Below, piece by piece: positions 25,498-37,944 of a stretch of 64,000 nucleotides of DNA. Both the position numbers and the translations under genes were made by a program. The stretch comes from Octopus sinensis (taxonomy: Eukaryota): the NCBI RefSeq assembly GCF_006345805.1, contig NC_042999.1, positions 44,330,001 to 44,394,000 of the forward strand, given 5' to 3'. Under the pieces are notes generated by a model. That model saw only the letters and a list, made by a program, of their open reading frames with translations. It was not told the DNA's origin and did not search any database. Numbering within the stretch: the first letter of the stretch is position 1; each line of letters begins with the position of its first letter.

Positions 25498-26432
25498 CTG
25501 GAAAAAAAAAGGAAAAAATGATATTAAAAAGAAAGGGGTCCCTTATTTGCTTTCCATGTTCTTGTACCCCTTTTATTACCATATTTGTGATGAAATATAC
25601 TGCTTTTGTTATAATTAATTTTGAAAATAATCTTTTACTTGTTTCAATCATTAATCTGCAGCTATACTGGGGCACTGCCTAGAAGAATTTTTTAGTTGAA
25701 TGGATTGACTCTAGTGCTTATTTTTTTAAAGCTTACTACTCATTCTGTCAGTTTCCTTTGCCAAACTGCTAAGTTATGGGGATGTAAACATACCAACACC
25801 AGTTGTCAAGTGGTGGTGGTGGGGGATAGACACAGGCAGAAAGACTCTCTCACACACACACACATCTGATGACCTTGTTTCAGTTTCCATCTACCAAATC
25901 CATTTACAAGGCTTTGGTCGGTTCCAGAAACCATGTGGTTTGGAAACAAACTTACCACACAGCCACTCACGCACCTATATGACCACTCCAGTGCCTATAA
26001 TGAAGAATTTGGTAAAATAACTCAGTCATTATTAAGTTGAAGTTTCAACGAAAACTAACATGAAATTTGGATAGAAGGTTTTCATTTTGATCACTTTAGA
26101 AAAGCCAATTTGTATCATAAAACTAAGTCTTGAGTAGGTTGGTATCAAAAAGGGTTGATATTTAAACTGAAGATATATATATATATACATACACACACTA
26201 AATAAAACCCTCGATTCAATAGCACTGTGTACAAACTCTGTACTTGGAATGACCGAGTGTAAATACTGTTGGAATTTACTCACAAGGTATTGGAATCTTA
26301 TATGTATACCATTCTGCCTAAATAATGGATCTACAAATGCAATATCCCTGCATATCTCACATCTTTTTTCATTCCTCAACTTCACTCTCTATTTCATATC
26401 TTATCTAAATTGCTTAACCATTTTCTCACACT

Positions 26433-26480
26433 GTCTCTGATGAAGGGATATATAAAATATCCTGGAAACAGCTGTAAGAC
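26433..26480 (+). ncRNA. Minimal type I hammerhead ribozyme (Penelope/retrozyme type), intact core
   Basis: gtct-CTGATGA-a-gggatat-ataaa-atatcct-g-GAAA-cagctg-TA-agac; stems I and II pair, palindromic stem III acagctgt, GUA triplet. Confidence 0.8.
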
Positions 26481-26555
26481 CTATTTATAAATGTTCTAGA
26501 ATCTTTACAGCCTTGGTTTTTTTTAAATCTCATTCTGGAAAAAAAATTTATATAT

Positions 26556-26930
26556 AGGAGCAGGAGTGGTTGTGTGGTAAGTAGCTTGCTAACCAGCCAC
26601 ATGGTTCCAGGTTCAGTCCCACTGCGTGGCATCTTGGGCAAGTGTCTTCTGCTATAGCCCCGGGCCGACCAATGCCTTGTGAGTGGATTTGGTAGACGGA
26701 AACTGAAAGAAGCCTGTCGTATATATATATATATGTGTGTATGTGTTTGTCCCCCTAGCATTGCTTGACAACCGATGCTGGTGTGTTTACGTCCCTGTCA
26801 GCGGTTTGGCATAAGAGACTGATAGAATAAGTACTGGGCTTACAAAGAATAAGTCCCGGGGTCGATTTGCTCGACTAAAGGCGGTGCTCCAGCATGGCCG
26901 CAGTCAAATGACTGAAATAAGTAAAAGAGT
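26556..26930 (+). mobile_element. SINE family A
   Basis: Full-length young copy. Confidence 0.88.
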
Positions 26931-26947
26931 ATATATATATATCATAG

Positions 26948-27452
26948 TGGAGGCGCAATGGCCTAGTGGTTAGGGTAGCAGACTCGCGGTCGAAGGATCG
27001 TAGTTTCGATTCCCAGACAGGGCATTGTGAGTGTTTATTGAGCGAAAACACCTAAAGCTCTACGAGGCTCCAGCAGGGGCCAGTGAACCCTGCTGTACTC
27101 TTTCACCACAACTTTCTCTCACTCCTTCTTCCTGTTTCTGTTGTACCTGTGTTTCAAAGGGCCAGCCTTGTCACACTCTGTGTCACGTTGAATCTCCCCG
27201 AGAACTACGTTAAGGGTACACATGTTTGTGGAGTGCTCAGCCACTTGCATGCTAATAAATGAGCTGTGACGTCACTGGTGCCAAGCTGTATCGGCCTTTG
27301 CCTTTCCCTTGGATAATATTGGTGGCGTGAAGAGGGGAGGCTGGTATGCGTAGGCAACTGCTGGTCTTCCATAAACAACCATGCCCAGACTTGTGCCTCG
27401 GAGGGTAATTTTCTAGGTGCAATCCCATGGTCATTCATGACCGAAGGGGGTC
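26948..27452 (+). mobile_element. tRNA-derived SINE family C
   Basis: Head ggaggcgcaatggcctagtggttagg...gtttcgattcc (A and B boxes); 3' end shared with 30301-30633. Confidence 0.8.
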
Positions 27453-28054
27453 ACAATATATATATCATGGTTTATGGTTTAATATTACTGCTTTTTCTAT
27501 CCTTGAGCCAAAATTTGAAACCAATATTACTTTCATTGCTCTCTTACTTTTTGCCAGCAAGGTATTGGTTAGGCCACTTAAATCTATCAACCTTGGCACC
27601 TGACCAGTACTGGAACATGACAAAGTGCTGAAAACAAACTTTAACCCTTTAGCATTCAGATCATTCTCTCAAATGTAATACATATTATTCACATAGTTTT
27701 GGATTAAGCATGCATTATCTTATAGCTTCAAGATTTCAATGATGAGAGTGTTTATTTTTACAATGTCATAATTGGGTAGATGTGAGAGGCCAAATCTGGC
27801 TGGTTTCAACATAAAACAAGTAGAATATAGAAAGAAAACTTTAAAAGCAGCTTGTTTTATTTTTGAAGTCATACAGAAAAACAGAAGTGAGAGAAATGCT
27901 TATCTATTTAATGATAAATACTGTAGGAGCCATTTAACAAATATTGTTAAAAAGATCAACGTTTCAACAAAATATGCGTTGAATTTATAACGGGGATGAA
28001 GATATTTTTAAAATAAATATATAGTTAGTTAAGAAGAAGAAATGTTGTATTTAC

Positions 28055-28249
28055 CAGCAAATTCATAAGCATGATGGGTGTGAATAACATGAACATGGCC
28101 AACATTAGAATACTGACATTGCCGAAATGTAATGTGTATGGATCGTCGTCTGTAAATGGCTCATTGAAATTATCCATAAACTCTGGTTCCAGAATCATCA
28201 TTCCAACTCTTAAGATAGACAAGGCTGGACTACGATGAGCATGGGATTC
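28055..28249 (-). CDS. TRPA1: TRPA1-like exon (pore helices, filter, S6)
   Basis: ttatAG|ESHAHRSPALSILRVGMMILEPEFMDNFNEPF...MFMLFTPIMLMNLL|GTaaat. Confidence 0.95.
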
Positions 28250-28334
28250 CTATAAAAGAAATAATTTTTTTTACTTATATAAATCAAACCCCTTAATGTA
28301 TCAGCATCATCATTATTATTATTATTTTCATTAA

Positions 28335-29569
28335 TGTGGTGAGCTGGCAGAATTGTTAGCACGCTGGACAAATGCTTAGCAGTATTTCATCTGTCTTTAT
28401 GTTCTGAGTTCAAATTCTGTCAAGGTCAACTTTGCATTTCATCCTTTCAAGGTCAATACATTAAGTACTAGTGAAACACTGGGGTCGATATAATTGACTA
28501 ACCCCCTCCCCTAAAATTTCAGGTCTTGTGCCTTTAGTAGAAGGGATTATTATTATTATCATTAACGTGGTGATCTGGCAGAGTCGTAAGCATGCAGGAG
28601 AAAATGCTTAGTGGCATTTCTTCCAGCTTTACCTTGTGTGTTCAATTTCTACCGAAGTCGACTTTGCCTTTCATCCTTTCAGGGTTAATAAATCAAGTAC
28701 CAATTGAGTCAAAGTAATTGGGCTAGCTAACCTCCTAAGAAAAATTGCTGGCCTTGTGCCAAAATTTGAAACTACTACCACTACTACTACTACTAACTGG
28801 CAGAATTTTTATCATACCTGACAGTATTTCATCCAATGCTTTATATCCTGAGTTTAAATGCTACCAAGGTTGACTTTGCCTTTCATCTTTTTGGGGTCAA
28901 TACAATAAGTACCTGTTGAGCACTAGGGTTGCTGTAATCAACTAAACCCCTCCTGACAAAATTTCAGGCCTTGTGCCTAGAGTAAAAAATTATTACTATT
29001 ATTAATTTTATTACTGAGTGAGAGAGCAGCCCATGTCATCAAAGTGACACTGGGGTACAAATATTTGAAGCCCAATATATCCATCATGACTACTCATTTG
29101 ACAAAGGTACACTAGGCACGTGATCATAACCATATGTGTGCAACATTGTCATCTCATATCAAGATAAACAGTGGATGACCTTGCAGGTGGGTCCCCATTA
29201 GAATTTTCTTCAGATTGAGTAGCCCATCCCACTCAAATGGTCCCTGAATAAGGTTTGTTTAAGGATGATAAATGAAATACCCATGTTTTCCAGAGGTGAA
29301 TTATTCACCCCCCCCCCAATTCCTCTCAACACATGGCTATGATGCTCCCCCAATACTCCTGCTTGTGATCAGAGATGCACATATTGTCAACCACTAAGGG
29401 ACATGCTCAACTGATTAAGGTCAAGCAACTGACAAACAAATCTGCAGTATTGAGCAGAATGTTTGCAGTAGCCCATCTTTTACACCTAGATAAAACATGT
29501 ACATGTTAATATTTCCAGTCAGTTAAGATCAGAAGCCATGGGAGTCATTGCCTGGTACTGCATCAGGGC

Positions 29570-29602
<33 letters not shown>

Positions 29603-30270
29603 GGTGGTGAGCTGGCAGAATCATTAGTGTGCTGGGCTTAGTGGTATTTCTTCTGTCTTCACGTTCTGGGTTCAAATTCCGCCGAGGTTGACTTTGCCTG
29701 TCACCCTTTCAGGGTCAATAAATTAAGTACTAGTGAAACTCTTGGGTTGACATAACTGACTAGTCTCCTCCTACCAAAATTTCAGGCCTTTTACCTTTAG
29801 TAGAAAGGATTATTATCATTACTATTCAAGGCGGCAAGCTGGCAGCATTGTTAGCACACTGGGCAAAATGCTTTGCAGTATTTCATCTGTTCTCATGTTC
29901 TGAGTTCAAATTCCACCAAGTTCAACTTTGTCTTTCATCCTTTCGGTGTCAATAAAAAGAGTACCAGCTGAAAACTGGAGGTGATGTAATTGACTTGCCC
30001 CCATCTTTGAACATGATGGCCTTGTGCCAAAAATTGAAATGATTACTATTATTAGTATTCAAGGCAGCAAGCTGGCAGAATCATTAGCACACTGGGCAAA
30101 ATTCTTAGTGGTATTTCCTCTGTATTTATGTTCTGAATTTAAATCCTGCTCAGGTTGACTTTGCCTTTCATCCTTTCAAAATCAATAAAATAGATACCAG
30201 TTAGACATGGGTCAATGTAACTGACTTACTCCCACCCCAAAATTGCTGGCCTTGTGCCAAAATTGAAACC
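28335..30270 (+). repeat. Cluster of about six same-orientation SINE family B copies separated by (ATT)n
   Basis: Heads near 28337, 28567, 28797, 29601, 29829 and 30061; an unrelated repeat lies at 29015-29575. Confidence 0.8.
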
Positions 30271-30300
30271 ATCATCATCATCATTATTATTGAGGAGGAG

Positions 30301-30633
30301 GAGACCCCCTTCGGTCATGAATGACCATGGGATTGCACCAAGAAAGTTACCCTCCGAGGCACAAGTCAAGGCAAGATGGTTTGTGGAAGGCTAGCAGTCA
30401 CCCATGCATACCAGCCTCCCCTCTCCACGCCACCAATGTTATCCAAGGGAAAGGCAAAGGCTGATACAGCTTGGCACCAGTGATGTCGCAACTCATTTCT
30501 ACAGCTGAGTGAACTGGAGCAACGTGAAATAAAGTGTCTTGCTCAAGAACACAACACACAGTCTGGTCCAGGAATCGAACTCATAACCTCACGATCGTAA
30601 GCTCTATGCTCTAACCACTGAGCCATGCGCCTT
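30301..30633 (-). mobile_element. SINE family C
   Basis: tRNA-like head at 30575-30633 and 3' end gacccccttcggtcatgaatgaccatggg. Confidence 0.78.
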
Positions 30634-30924
30634 CACTATTATTATTGTTATTGTTATTATTATTATTATTATTGGCATATACGCCCATTACCCATTTTGT
30701 CATCTTCGATCTCATTGTTTGCATCTGATGTTTCAAATATGAAATATAACAATGCTGAATGTAATTTCTATACAAAATCTGTAGAGATAACCTTAACACA
30801 TAATTTAAGTGCTAAGACAGTGGTACACAGTATTGACATATAAAAATGTTTAATATACTTTGTAGCATATTATGGTTGCATAATGCAATACTGTGTGCTA
30901 AAAGTTTTTAATATTTACATACCA

Positions 30925-31340
30925 GGCATAGGAGTGACTATGTGGTAAGTAGCTTGCTTACCAACCACATGGTTCCGGGTACAGTCACACTGTGTGGCAC
31001 CTCGGGCAAGTGTCGTCTACTATTGCCTCGGGCCGACCAAAGCCTTGTGAGTGGATTTGGTAGACGGAAACTGAAAGAAGCCCGTCGTATATATATGTAT
31101 ATATATATATATATGTGTGTGTGTGTATGTTTGTGTGTCTGTGTTTGTCCCCCCAACATCGCTTGACAACCGATGCTGGTGTGTTTATGTCCCTGTAACT
31201 TAGCAGTTCAGCAAAAGAGACTGATAGAATAAATACTAGGCTTACAAAGAATAAGCTGTGGGGTTGATTTGCTTGACTAAAGGCGATGCTCCAGCATGGC
31301 CACAGTCAAATGACTGAAACAAGTAAAAGAGTAAAAGAGC
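30925..31340 (+). mobile_element. SINE family A
   Basis: Full-length, tail aagtaaaagagtaaaagag. Confidence 0.88.
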
Positions 31341-32105
31341 ATGCCAGCTTCCAGGAATATGTTTAATATGTAAATTGGTATATCCAATAACATTACACCA
31401 CTGTAATTAGTGGCTATTTAAGCAATGAGTTTGTCGATGATCAATGGGTTAGATGGGTGCTGAGGAAGGAGCAAAAACTCCTGAAATATGGCATATATTC
31501 CCATTACTCATTTTTCCATCTTTGATTTCATTGTTTGTTTACATGTGACATCTCGGATATGAAATGTAACAAAATCAGTGGTGGCTATCATTTTGTATTG
31601 AAAATCTGTGGAGATGATCTTAACATGTGATTTAAGTGCACTGCTAACACAGTAGTACATGATATTGATTTATAAAACTGTTTGATATACTTTGTCTTTG
31701 TAGCATATTATGGTTGCATAACAAAATACTGTATGCCTGCAAGTCGATAATTATTATTATTATTCAGAGAGAGAGAAGTACATGCCATCAAAGTGACACT
31801 GGGGTAAAATAAAGAAGCCCGTCGTATATATATATGTATATGTGTGTGTATATGTTTGTGTGTCTGTGTTTGTGCCCCCAACATTGCTTGACAACCGATG
31901 CTGGTGTGTTTATATCCCCGTCACTTAGCGGTTCAGCAAGCGACATTGATAGAATAAGTACTAGGCTTACAAAGAATAAGTCCTGGGGTCGATTTTGCTC
32001 GACTAAAGGCGGTGCTCCAGCATGGCCACAGTCAAATGACTGAAACAAACAAAAGAAAAAGAAAAGAAAGAAATACAACAAATTGCTAAGGATTCACTGA
32101 TTTAC

Positions 32106-32235
32106 CTCTTTTGCCATGACAACGTAGAAACCCATACCAAAGGCAATGAAAAGAATGCTGTAGATACATAGTGCCTGGATTAAAGTTCTCAGCACTTCAA
32201 GACACATGACCACATGTAGACCAAAGATCTCAATC
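32106..32235 (-). CDS. TRPA1: TRPA1-like exon (S4-S5 linker, S5)
   Basis: tttcAG|(R)IEIFGLHVVMCLEVLRTLIQALCIYSILFIAFGMGFYVVMAKE|GTaaat. Confidence 0.95.
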
Positions 32236-32254
32236 CTGAAACAAATGAAGTTAG

Positions 32255-32580
32255 AATGTCATCATCATCACCACCATCACAATCATCATTGTCAACATTG
32301 TCTTCGTCGTCCTCCTCCTCCACCACCACCTCCTCCCCCCCTCTCCCCCCACCATCATTGTCTTCGTTAATATTGTCATTGTCATTATCATCATCACCCT
32401 CATAGAAATTGTTGTCCCACTCCTCCTCCTTTTCATCATTATCACCACCACCATCATTTTCATCATTATCATTATCCTTGCCATCAGATCATCACCATCA
32501 TTGTCCTTGTCATTCTCGTTGGGATCATCCTCATAGTCATCATTAACATCCTCTTCTCCATCATCATTTTCCTCCTCCTT
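32255..32580. repeat. Degenerate (CAT/CCT)n trinucleotide tract
   Basis: Low-complexity tract directly upstream of the S5 exon acceptor. Confidence 0.85.
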
Positions 32581-33114
32581 TGCCATCTCATGCAAAGGAA
32601 AAAAATTTGAGGTAAAAAGTGAAACAAAGATATCTACTATAATAATACTCGTGTGTTTTTCTCCGTCACAACATATGAATGAGAAAGGAAGGGGTGATAG
32701 ATGAATAAGGAAGGAAAGGGTGATGTCAAAGTTGGTAGAGGGATGATGGAAATTCTACAGTGACATATTCTATTTTTGCCCTTATTTATATATAAAATAC
32801 AACAATTAGCCATCGTTTTTGATGGCATGGGGCCAGCTAGTATATATATATTTATTTAATTATAATGACAGCTTAATATGATAATACAATTGTCTTAGAA
32901 TTCAGACTGTTGGTTAGCACATCAGACCCTGTTTGTTAAAATAAAGGTTTTTAGGTTCAATCTGTGGCACAGCTCTGGAATATTACCTGAAAATGGTTGA
33001 AGAGGACACCAATTGGAAATGTTACCTCACTATGACATACAATGATGAAAGAAATAATCCCCCAAAGCATATATAACTATGAAAAAATATCTCAGAAAAA
33101 TTATATAAAGCACA

Positions 33115-33780
33115 GGTATGGCTATGTGGTTATGAAGCTTACTTTGCAGTCATGTGGCTTCAGGTTCAATCCCATTGAGTGGCACCTTGGACAAGTGTCT
33201 TCTTTTATTGCCCCAGGGTGACCAATGTCTTATGAGTGAATTTGTTTACCAGAAACTGTACCAGAAAAGGCGGTGAGCTGGCAGAAACGTTAGCATACCG
33301 GGCAAAATGCTTAGTGGTATTTAGTCTACCGTTATGTTCTGAGTTCAAATTCCACCAAGGTCGACTTTGTTTTTCATCCTTTCGGGGTCGATAAATTAAG
33401 TACCAATTACACACTGGGGTCGATGTAATCAACTTAATCCCTTTGTCTGTCCTTGTTTGTCCCCTCTGTGTGTAGCTCCTTGTGGGCAGTAAAGAAATAA
33501 GAAACTGTGTGGAAGCCCATCATATATGTGTGTGTGTGTATGTGTGCCTGCCTTCATGTCTATGTTTGTCTCCCACTGACTACTTGACAGACAGTGTTGG
33601 TTTGTTTACATCCCCATAACTTAGTGGTTGGAATAAGTACCAGACTTAAGAAACAGATAAATGCTAAGGTCATTCTGACCAACTAAAACCCTTCAATGCA
33701 GAGTGCCCCAGCATGGCCACAGTCCAGTGACTGAAACAAATAAAAGATATAAGACAAATGAAAAGATAAAGAGATAAAAG
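33115..33780 (+). mobile_element. SINE A interrupted by a nested SINE B (33267-33499)
   Basis: agaaactgt duplicated at 33251-33259 and 33500-33508. Confidence 0.8.
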
Positions 33781-33788
33781 AACTTTAC

Positions 33789-33958
33789 CTTTGTAAGAAT
33801 ACCAGAAGGTTGAACCAAGCAAAGAAAATGGCCAAAGCACCTGCTTCCCACTGGAAATGAAGTGACAACCGAAATAGAAATGGTAGAATGAACACACATG
33901 TGGAAGTGTAGAGTATCCATTCCAAAATGTTTATAGGTTCACGGAAATATCTCTTTCC
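33789..33958 (-). CDS. TRPA1: TRPA1-like exon (S3-S4)
   Basis: ttatAG|GKRYFREPINILEWILYTSTCVFILPF...QWEAGALAIFFAWFNLLVFLQ(R)|GTaaag. Confidence 0.95.
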
Positions 33959-34690
33959 CTATAAAAACAACAATAAGAACAGCATCATCATCATCATCAA
34001 CTAAACTCAGACTAGGAAAATCAGTCTTATTTACTTATTTTCCTTGTAGAATTTATCTGTAAAGTAGATATAAAAACATGTAGTGAGGATACTGGAAGAA
34101 TCCCAAACACCAACTCACTATCAAGGAATTAAACTCCAAATTACTGTCTTTAGATGTGAAAATAACTATAAACACCCACTGGGACTTTGTCAAGGACTGA
34201 CAAGCAGCTAACCATTGCTAAAAACATTAAGAAACTAAACTTGCAAAAAACATTGAGAAACTGTTTTTGTCAGTGGCTGTGATAACTGTTGAAGTTGTGA
34301 AGGACCTAATCATTTTGGGGATAAACAACATTATTAGAATGTCATTAACAATTTTGTCTTTGGTGCATTTTCTTTGACAGTCTATTGGGTATATAAAGAT
34401 AGTTTGTCTGGTAACAGACTAGTGGTTGTGACACAGCTAAAAATCAACTTGATGCAGGAACTAACACCACTTACTTGACTATGGAATTTGATGCCTACTA
34501 CAATCTGCTATTATTACTGATACATATCCCACACAACTGAACATTTTTTTTTAAGTTGTTTCACGATGACATTTTTTTGTTAACAATTAAATAAATATTT
34601 ATGTATTAGGACTTCACACTGATTTTTGTTCTCTTTTCAACCAACCAAATATTTTGTTACAAGCATGTGACAATGTGATATATTACTTAC

Positions 34691-34780
34691 CTGCTGTATA
34701 ATTTGTACAATTTCTTTCAGTAAATTTATGATACAGAAAATTGTTATCAACCATATTGTGATACTGTGAAAAATGGACAG
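34691..34780 (-). CDS. TRPA1: TRPA1-like exon (S2)
   Basis: ttacAG|LSIFHSITIWLITIFCIINLLKEIVQIIQQ|GTaagt. Confidence 0.93.
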
Positions 34781-34832
34781 CTGTAAAGGATATACAGAAA
34801 AAGAATTACAAACAAGAAGTAGTTAAAATAAA

Positions 34833-34863
<31 letters not shown>

Positions 34864-35409
34864 TGTTGTTGTCAGTTATTATTACACCCCTTTTGGTTCT
34901 AATTTGCCTGAGACCACCCTAAGTTCTATTATACAAATCCCTTGTTTTATAGCGATCTAAATTAAAATTTGCCATCACAATTTCTTGTAAGTTTATGTTC
35001 CAAATACCAGCTTAATAACAACAAAGTTATTTTAAAAAATTCTTCATTACTTTAAAAATTGAAACAAAGGTAATATATTTCACAATAAATATGGCAATGA
35101 AATGGTTACAGCAAGCAAACTAGTTTCAATTTTATTTTAATTTCCTAATCAGTAGAACTGAACATAAATAGTTCTAGCTTCTTTTGTTAAGTGTAACTTA
35201 TATAAAAAAAAAAATGTTTTTAGTTCTATAATTACTAAGTTGAAAGGTAAACTACTTTTTTTTTGTAATTTAATCTCCCCTAATTAATCCTTCCTCCGAA
35301 TAATGATAGGCAAAACCCAGATAGTTTAGGCTCAAAAACAATTTCTTTAAAGCTGCAGTGTGGATTGGTTTTGAATTTCCTTTCAAACTCTTGGAATTAT
35401 GCCCCAAAC

Positions 35410-35452
<43 letters not shown>

Positions 35453-35619
35453 TGTATATATACATTCTATGTAGAATACCTCATATAAAAACTAGTAGAG
35501 TTTTATACTTTTTGGGGTTCAGTCCATCTGCATGGAACATTGGGTGCCTTCTACTATAGCTCTAAGTTGACCAATGCCTTGTGAGTGAATTTGGTTGACA
35601 GAAAGTGTATGCAAGACTG

Positions 35620-35657
<38 letters not shown>

Positions 35658-36070
35658 TCATATATATGCATGTGTGTCTCTGTGTCATTGTGTCTGTTCA
35701 CTGCCCCAAACTATTCCATGAAAACCCATCTTAGTTCGTTTACATTGTATAACTTAGTGGTTCATCAAAATAGCTAATACAATAAATATCAGGCATAAAT
35801 AAATGAGTATTGGGGTTGATTTGTTCAACAAAAAGACCCTTCTAGGTGGTGCTCCAGCATGACTATAGCCTAATGACTGAAACAAATAAAGATAAAAAAT
35901 AAAAACAAGAATCTTCACCAATGCTAAACCTAGTATTTCTTGAATTCTTTATTTACTATTTCACTTGAAAACAATCATAGGTATTTCATTCAATCAATTT
36001 AAATGAGAATAAATGCATAATTTAATGAGTTAAAATAATTAAAAAAAGAAAAAATACATAAGAAATTTAC

Positions 36071-36176
36071 CTCAAATGTCTGCATTACTTTGAAACTACA
36101 AGCATCAATTTCTTCTTTGGTCTTTTCATCATCAGCAGAAACTGTTGATACTTTTACAGTATGATTTAGAGCATAA
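36071..36176 (-). CDS. TRPA1: TRPA1-like exon (S1-S2 extracellular loop)
   Basis: tatAG|(S)YALNHTVKVSTVSADDEKTKEEIDACSFKVMQTFE|GTaaat; phase 2 to 0 is required to keep the frame between S1 and S2. Confidence 0.82.
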
Positions 36177-36274
36177 CTATATAGGGAGGAGTTGTGAGGT
36201 AAGAGAGCAATTAGAAATATTATATAGTATGAATATTTTTGAAAATAAATCCTTAAACTAATACATACATACAT

Positions 36275-36707
36275 ATGATGGCTACCCCCTCGTTATCGAG
36301 TATGGCCATTGCACAAAGCTTAACTGTTATTGATGCTGTGATCGAATGTGACTTTTTAGCCCAGCTAAAGATCTACAGTCTTGTACAGAATTGGCAGCTA
36401 AAACCTTTACCAGCTTCATGTACCTTTGCATGTCGTTTAAGTCCTCTTGCTGAATTACACTCTCTTCCACATGCCTGACAGATATGATTAGTATGGTGTG
36501 TTACACCACCACCAGTGGCCAGGTTGTCACTCATCAGTCTCGCTTTATGATTATGAAGATGACTCTTGAGTCCAGCTTTACTGAGGCAGGGTCTTGCACA
36601 GACACTGCATGTCAGCATCATAGGAAGACCCTTCCCATCTGGAAGTGTAACAGCGATGCCCTTCCTGACATCCCTCCTTACTTTCTCATGCACAACTCGA
36701 GATTTCT
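36275..36707 (-). mobile_element. LINE 3' fragment carrying three C2H2 zinc fingers, (ATGT)n tail
   Basis: CSVCARPCLSKAGLKSHLHNH, CQACGRECNSARGLKRHAKVH, CQFC..(frameshift)SLAGLKSHIRSQH; flanked by (CATA)n on both sides. Confidence 0.65.
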
Positions 36708-37064
36708 CATACATACATACATACACACATATCATTGTGTGTGTACACTTGTCCTGACATCAAACAATGGTTGTAAATAAGCATCATTGTCACACAAGCA
36801 ATTAGTTAGTTCCCAGTTTTACGTGGTAAAGCATGCCTGGCCATGGAAGATATTACCTTGCTTGGAAGCAGATGCGGGTTGGTGACAGGAGAAGCATCTA
36901 TGCATAGAAAATCTGCCTCAATAAATTCCGTCAGACCCATACAAGCAAGGAAAAGTGGACATAAAATGATGTAAATGTGTGTGTGTGTGTGTTTGTGAGG
37001 GTGTGCATGTGTCTGTATGTGCATTGTTTGTGTTCACCCTTGTCATCAATCATCATTATAATCA

Positions 37065-37310
37065 TCATCATCATCATCGTTTAACGTCCGTTTTCCATGC
37101 TAGCATGGGTTGGACGGTTTGACTGGGGTCTGGGAAGCCAGGAGGCTGCACCAGGCTCCAGTCTGATCTGGCAGTGTTTCTACAGCTGGATGCCCTATCC
37201 TAGCGCCAACCACTCCATGAGTGTAGTGGCTGCTTTTTATGTGCCACTGGCACAGGGGCCAGAGGAGGCTGGCAACGGCCACGATTGGTTGGTGCTTTTT
37301 ACGTACCACT
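37065..37310 (-). mobile_element. RTE LINE 3' tail
   Basis: Reverse complement of the 11230-11450 tail. Confidence 0.8.
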
Positions 37311-37786
37311 TGACATTATTTGTTGGTTGCAAATGAGTAAAAGAGTCATGCAGGCAAGGTTGTATAACAACAAGAAGGACATTCAGCCATAAAAAATCTG
37401 CCTCAACAAATTCCATCTGACCCATGCAAATATGGAAAATCAACCACTAACTGATGATGGTGGTGATGATGACGATGTACTTTGGAGTGATCCCTAATAT
37501 ATAACTGGTACTGTTATTTTTCATATGAGCCACTGAGATGAAAGATAAAAACTATCTCAGTGGAATATAAAATCAAGAGAGAACAATACTCAAATGTTTT
37601 CAACCCCCTATCCTATTAACTCACTAGTCTTGTTCATTCTTGCTTTATGGAATTTAATAACAGAAATTCAGTTCATTAAAACTAAGAAATACAGATGTTA
37701 AGAGGATTTTAAAGAAGAAATCAAAGTCTATTGAAATAATATGCTATAGATACCAATTAAAATCAAAAGAAATCACTGTCTGGTAC

Positions 37787-37906
37787 CTGCAGTCTGGATC
37801 GTAATGCATCATTGAATCATGAGTGGTTACAAAATTGGTTAGAAGTCCAAGAAAGATTATGTACAGGAGAAGATTGAAGATATAGATCCAACGGCCATAT
37901 GCATTC
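37787..37906 (-). CDS. TRPA1: TRPA1-like exon (S1)
   Basis: gatAG|(W)NAYGRWIYIFNLLLYIIFLGLLTNFVTTHDSMMHYDPDC|GTacca. Confidence 0.93.
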
Positions 37907-37944
37907 CTATCAAATTGATTAAAGAAAATGAAAAATACAATGTG

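Noticed and set aside
26948-27025. tRNA-like sequences (also 30575-30633, 55130-55201 and SINE A/B heads)
   Set aside because: No complete cloverleaf; they run directly into SINE bodies.
32251-32595. Acidic/Met-rich 114-aa ORF
   Set aside because: Translation of an intronic trinucleotide tract.
36373-36735. Nested host C2H2 zinc-finger gene
   Set aside because: Starts in a microsatellite, is frameshifted, lacks TGEKP linkers and has a retro-type tail; treated as a LINE fragment.
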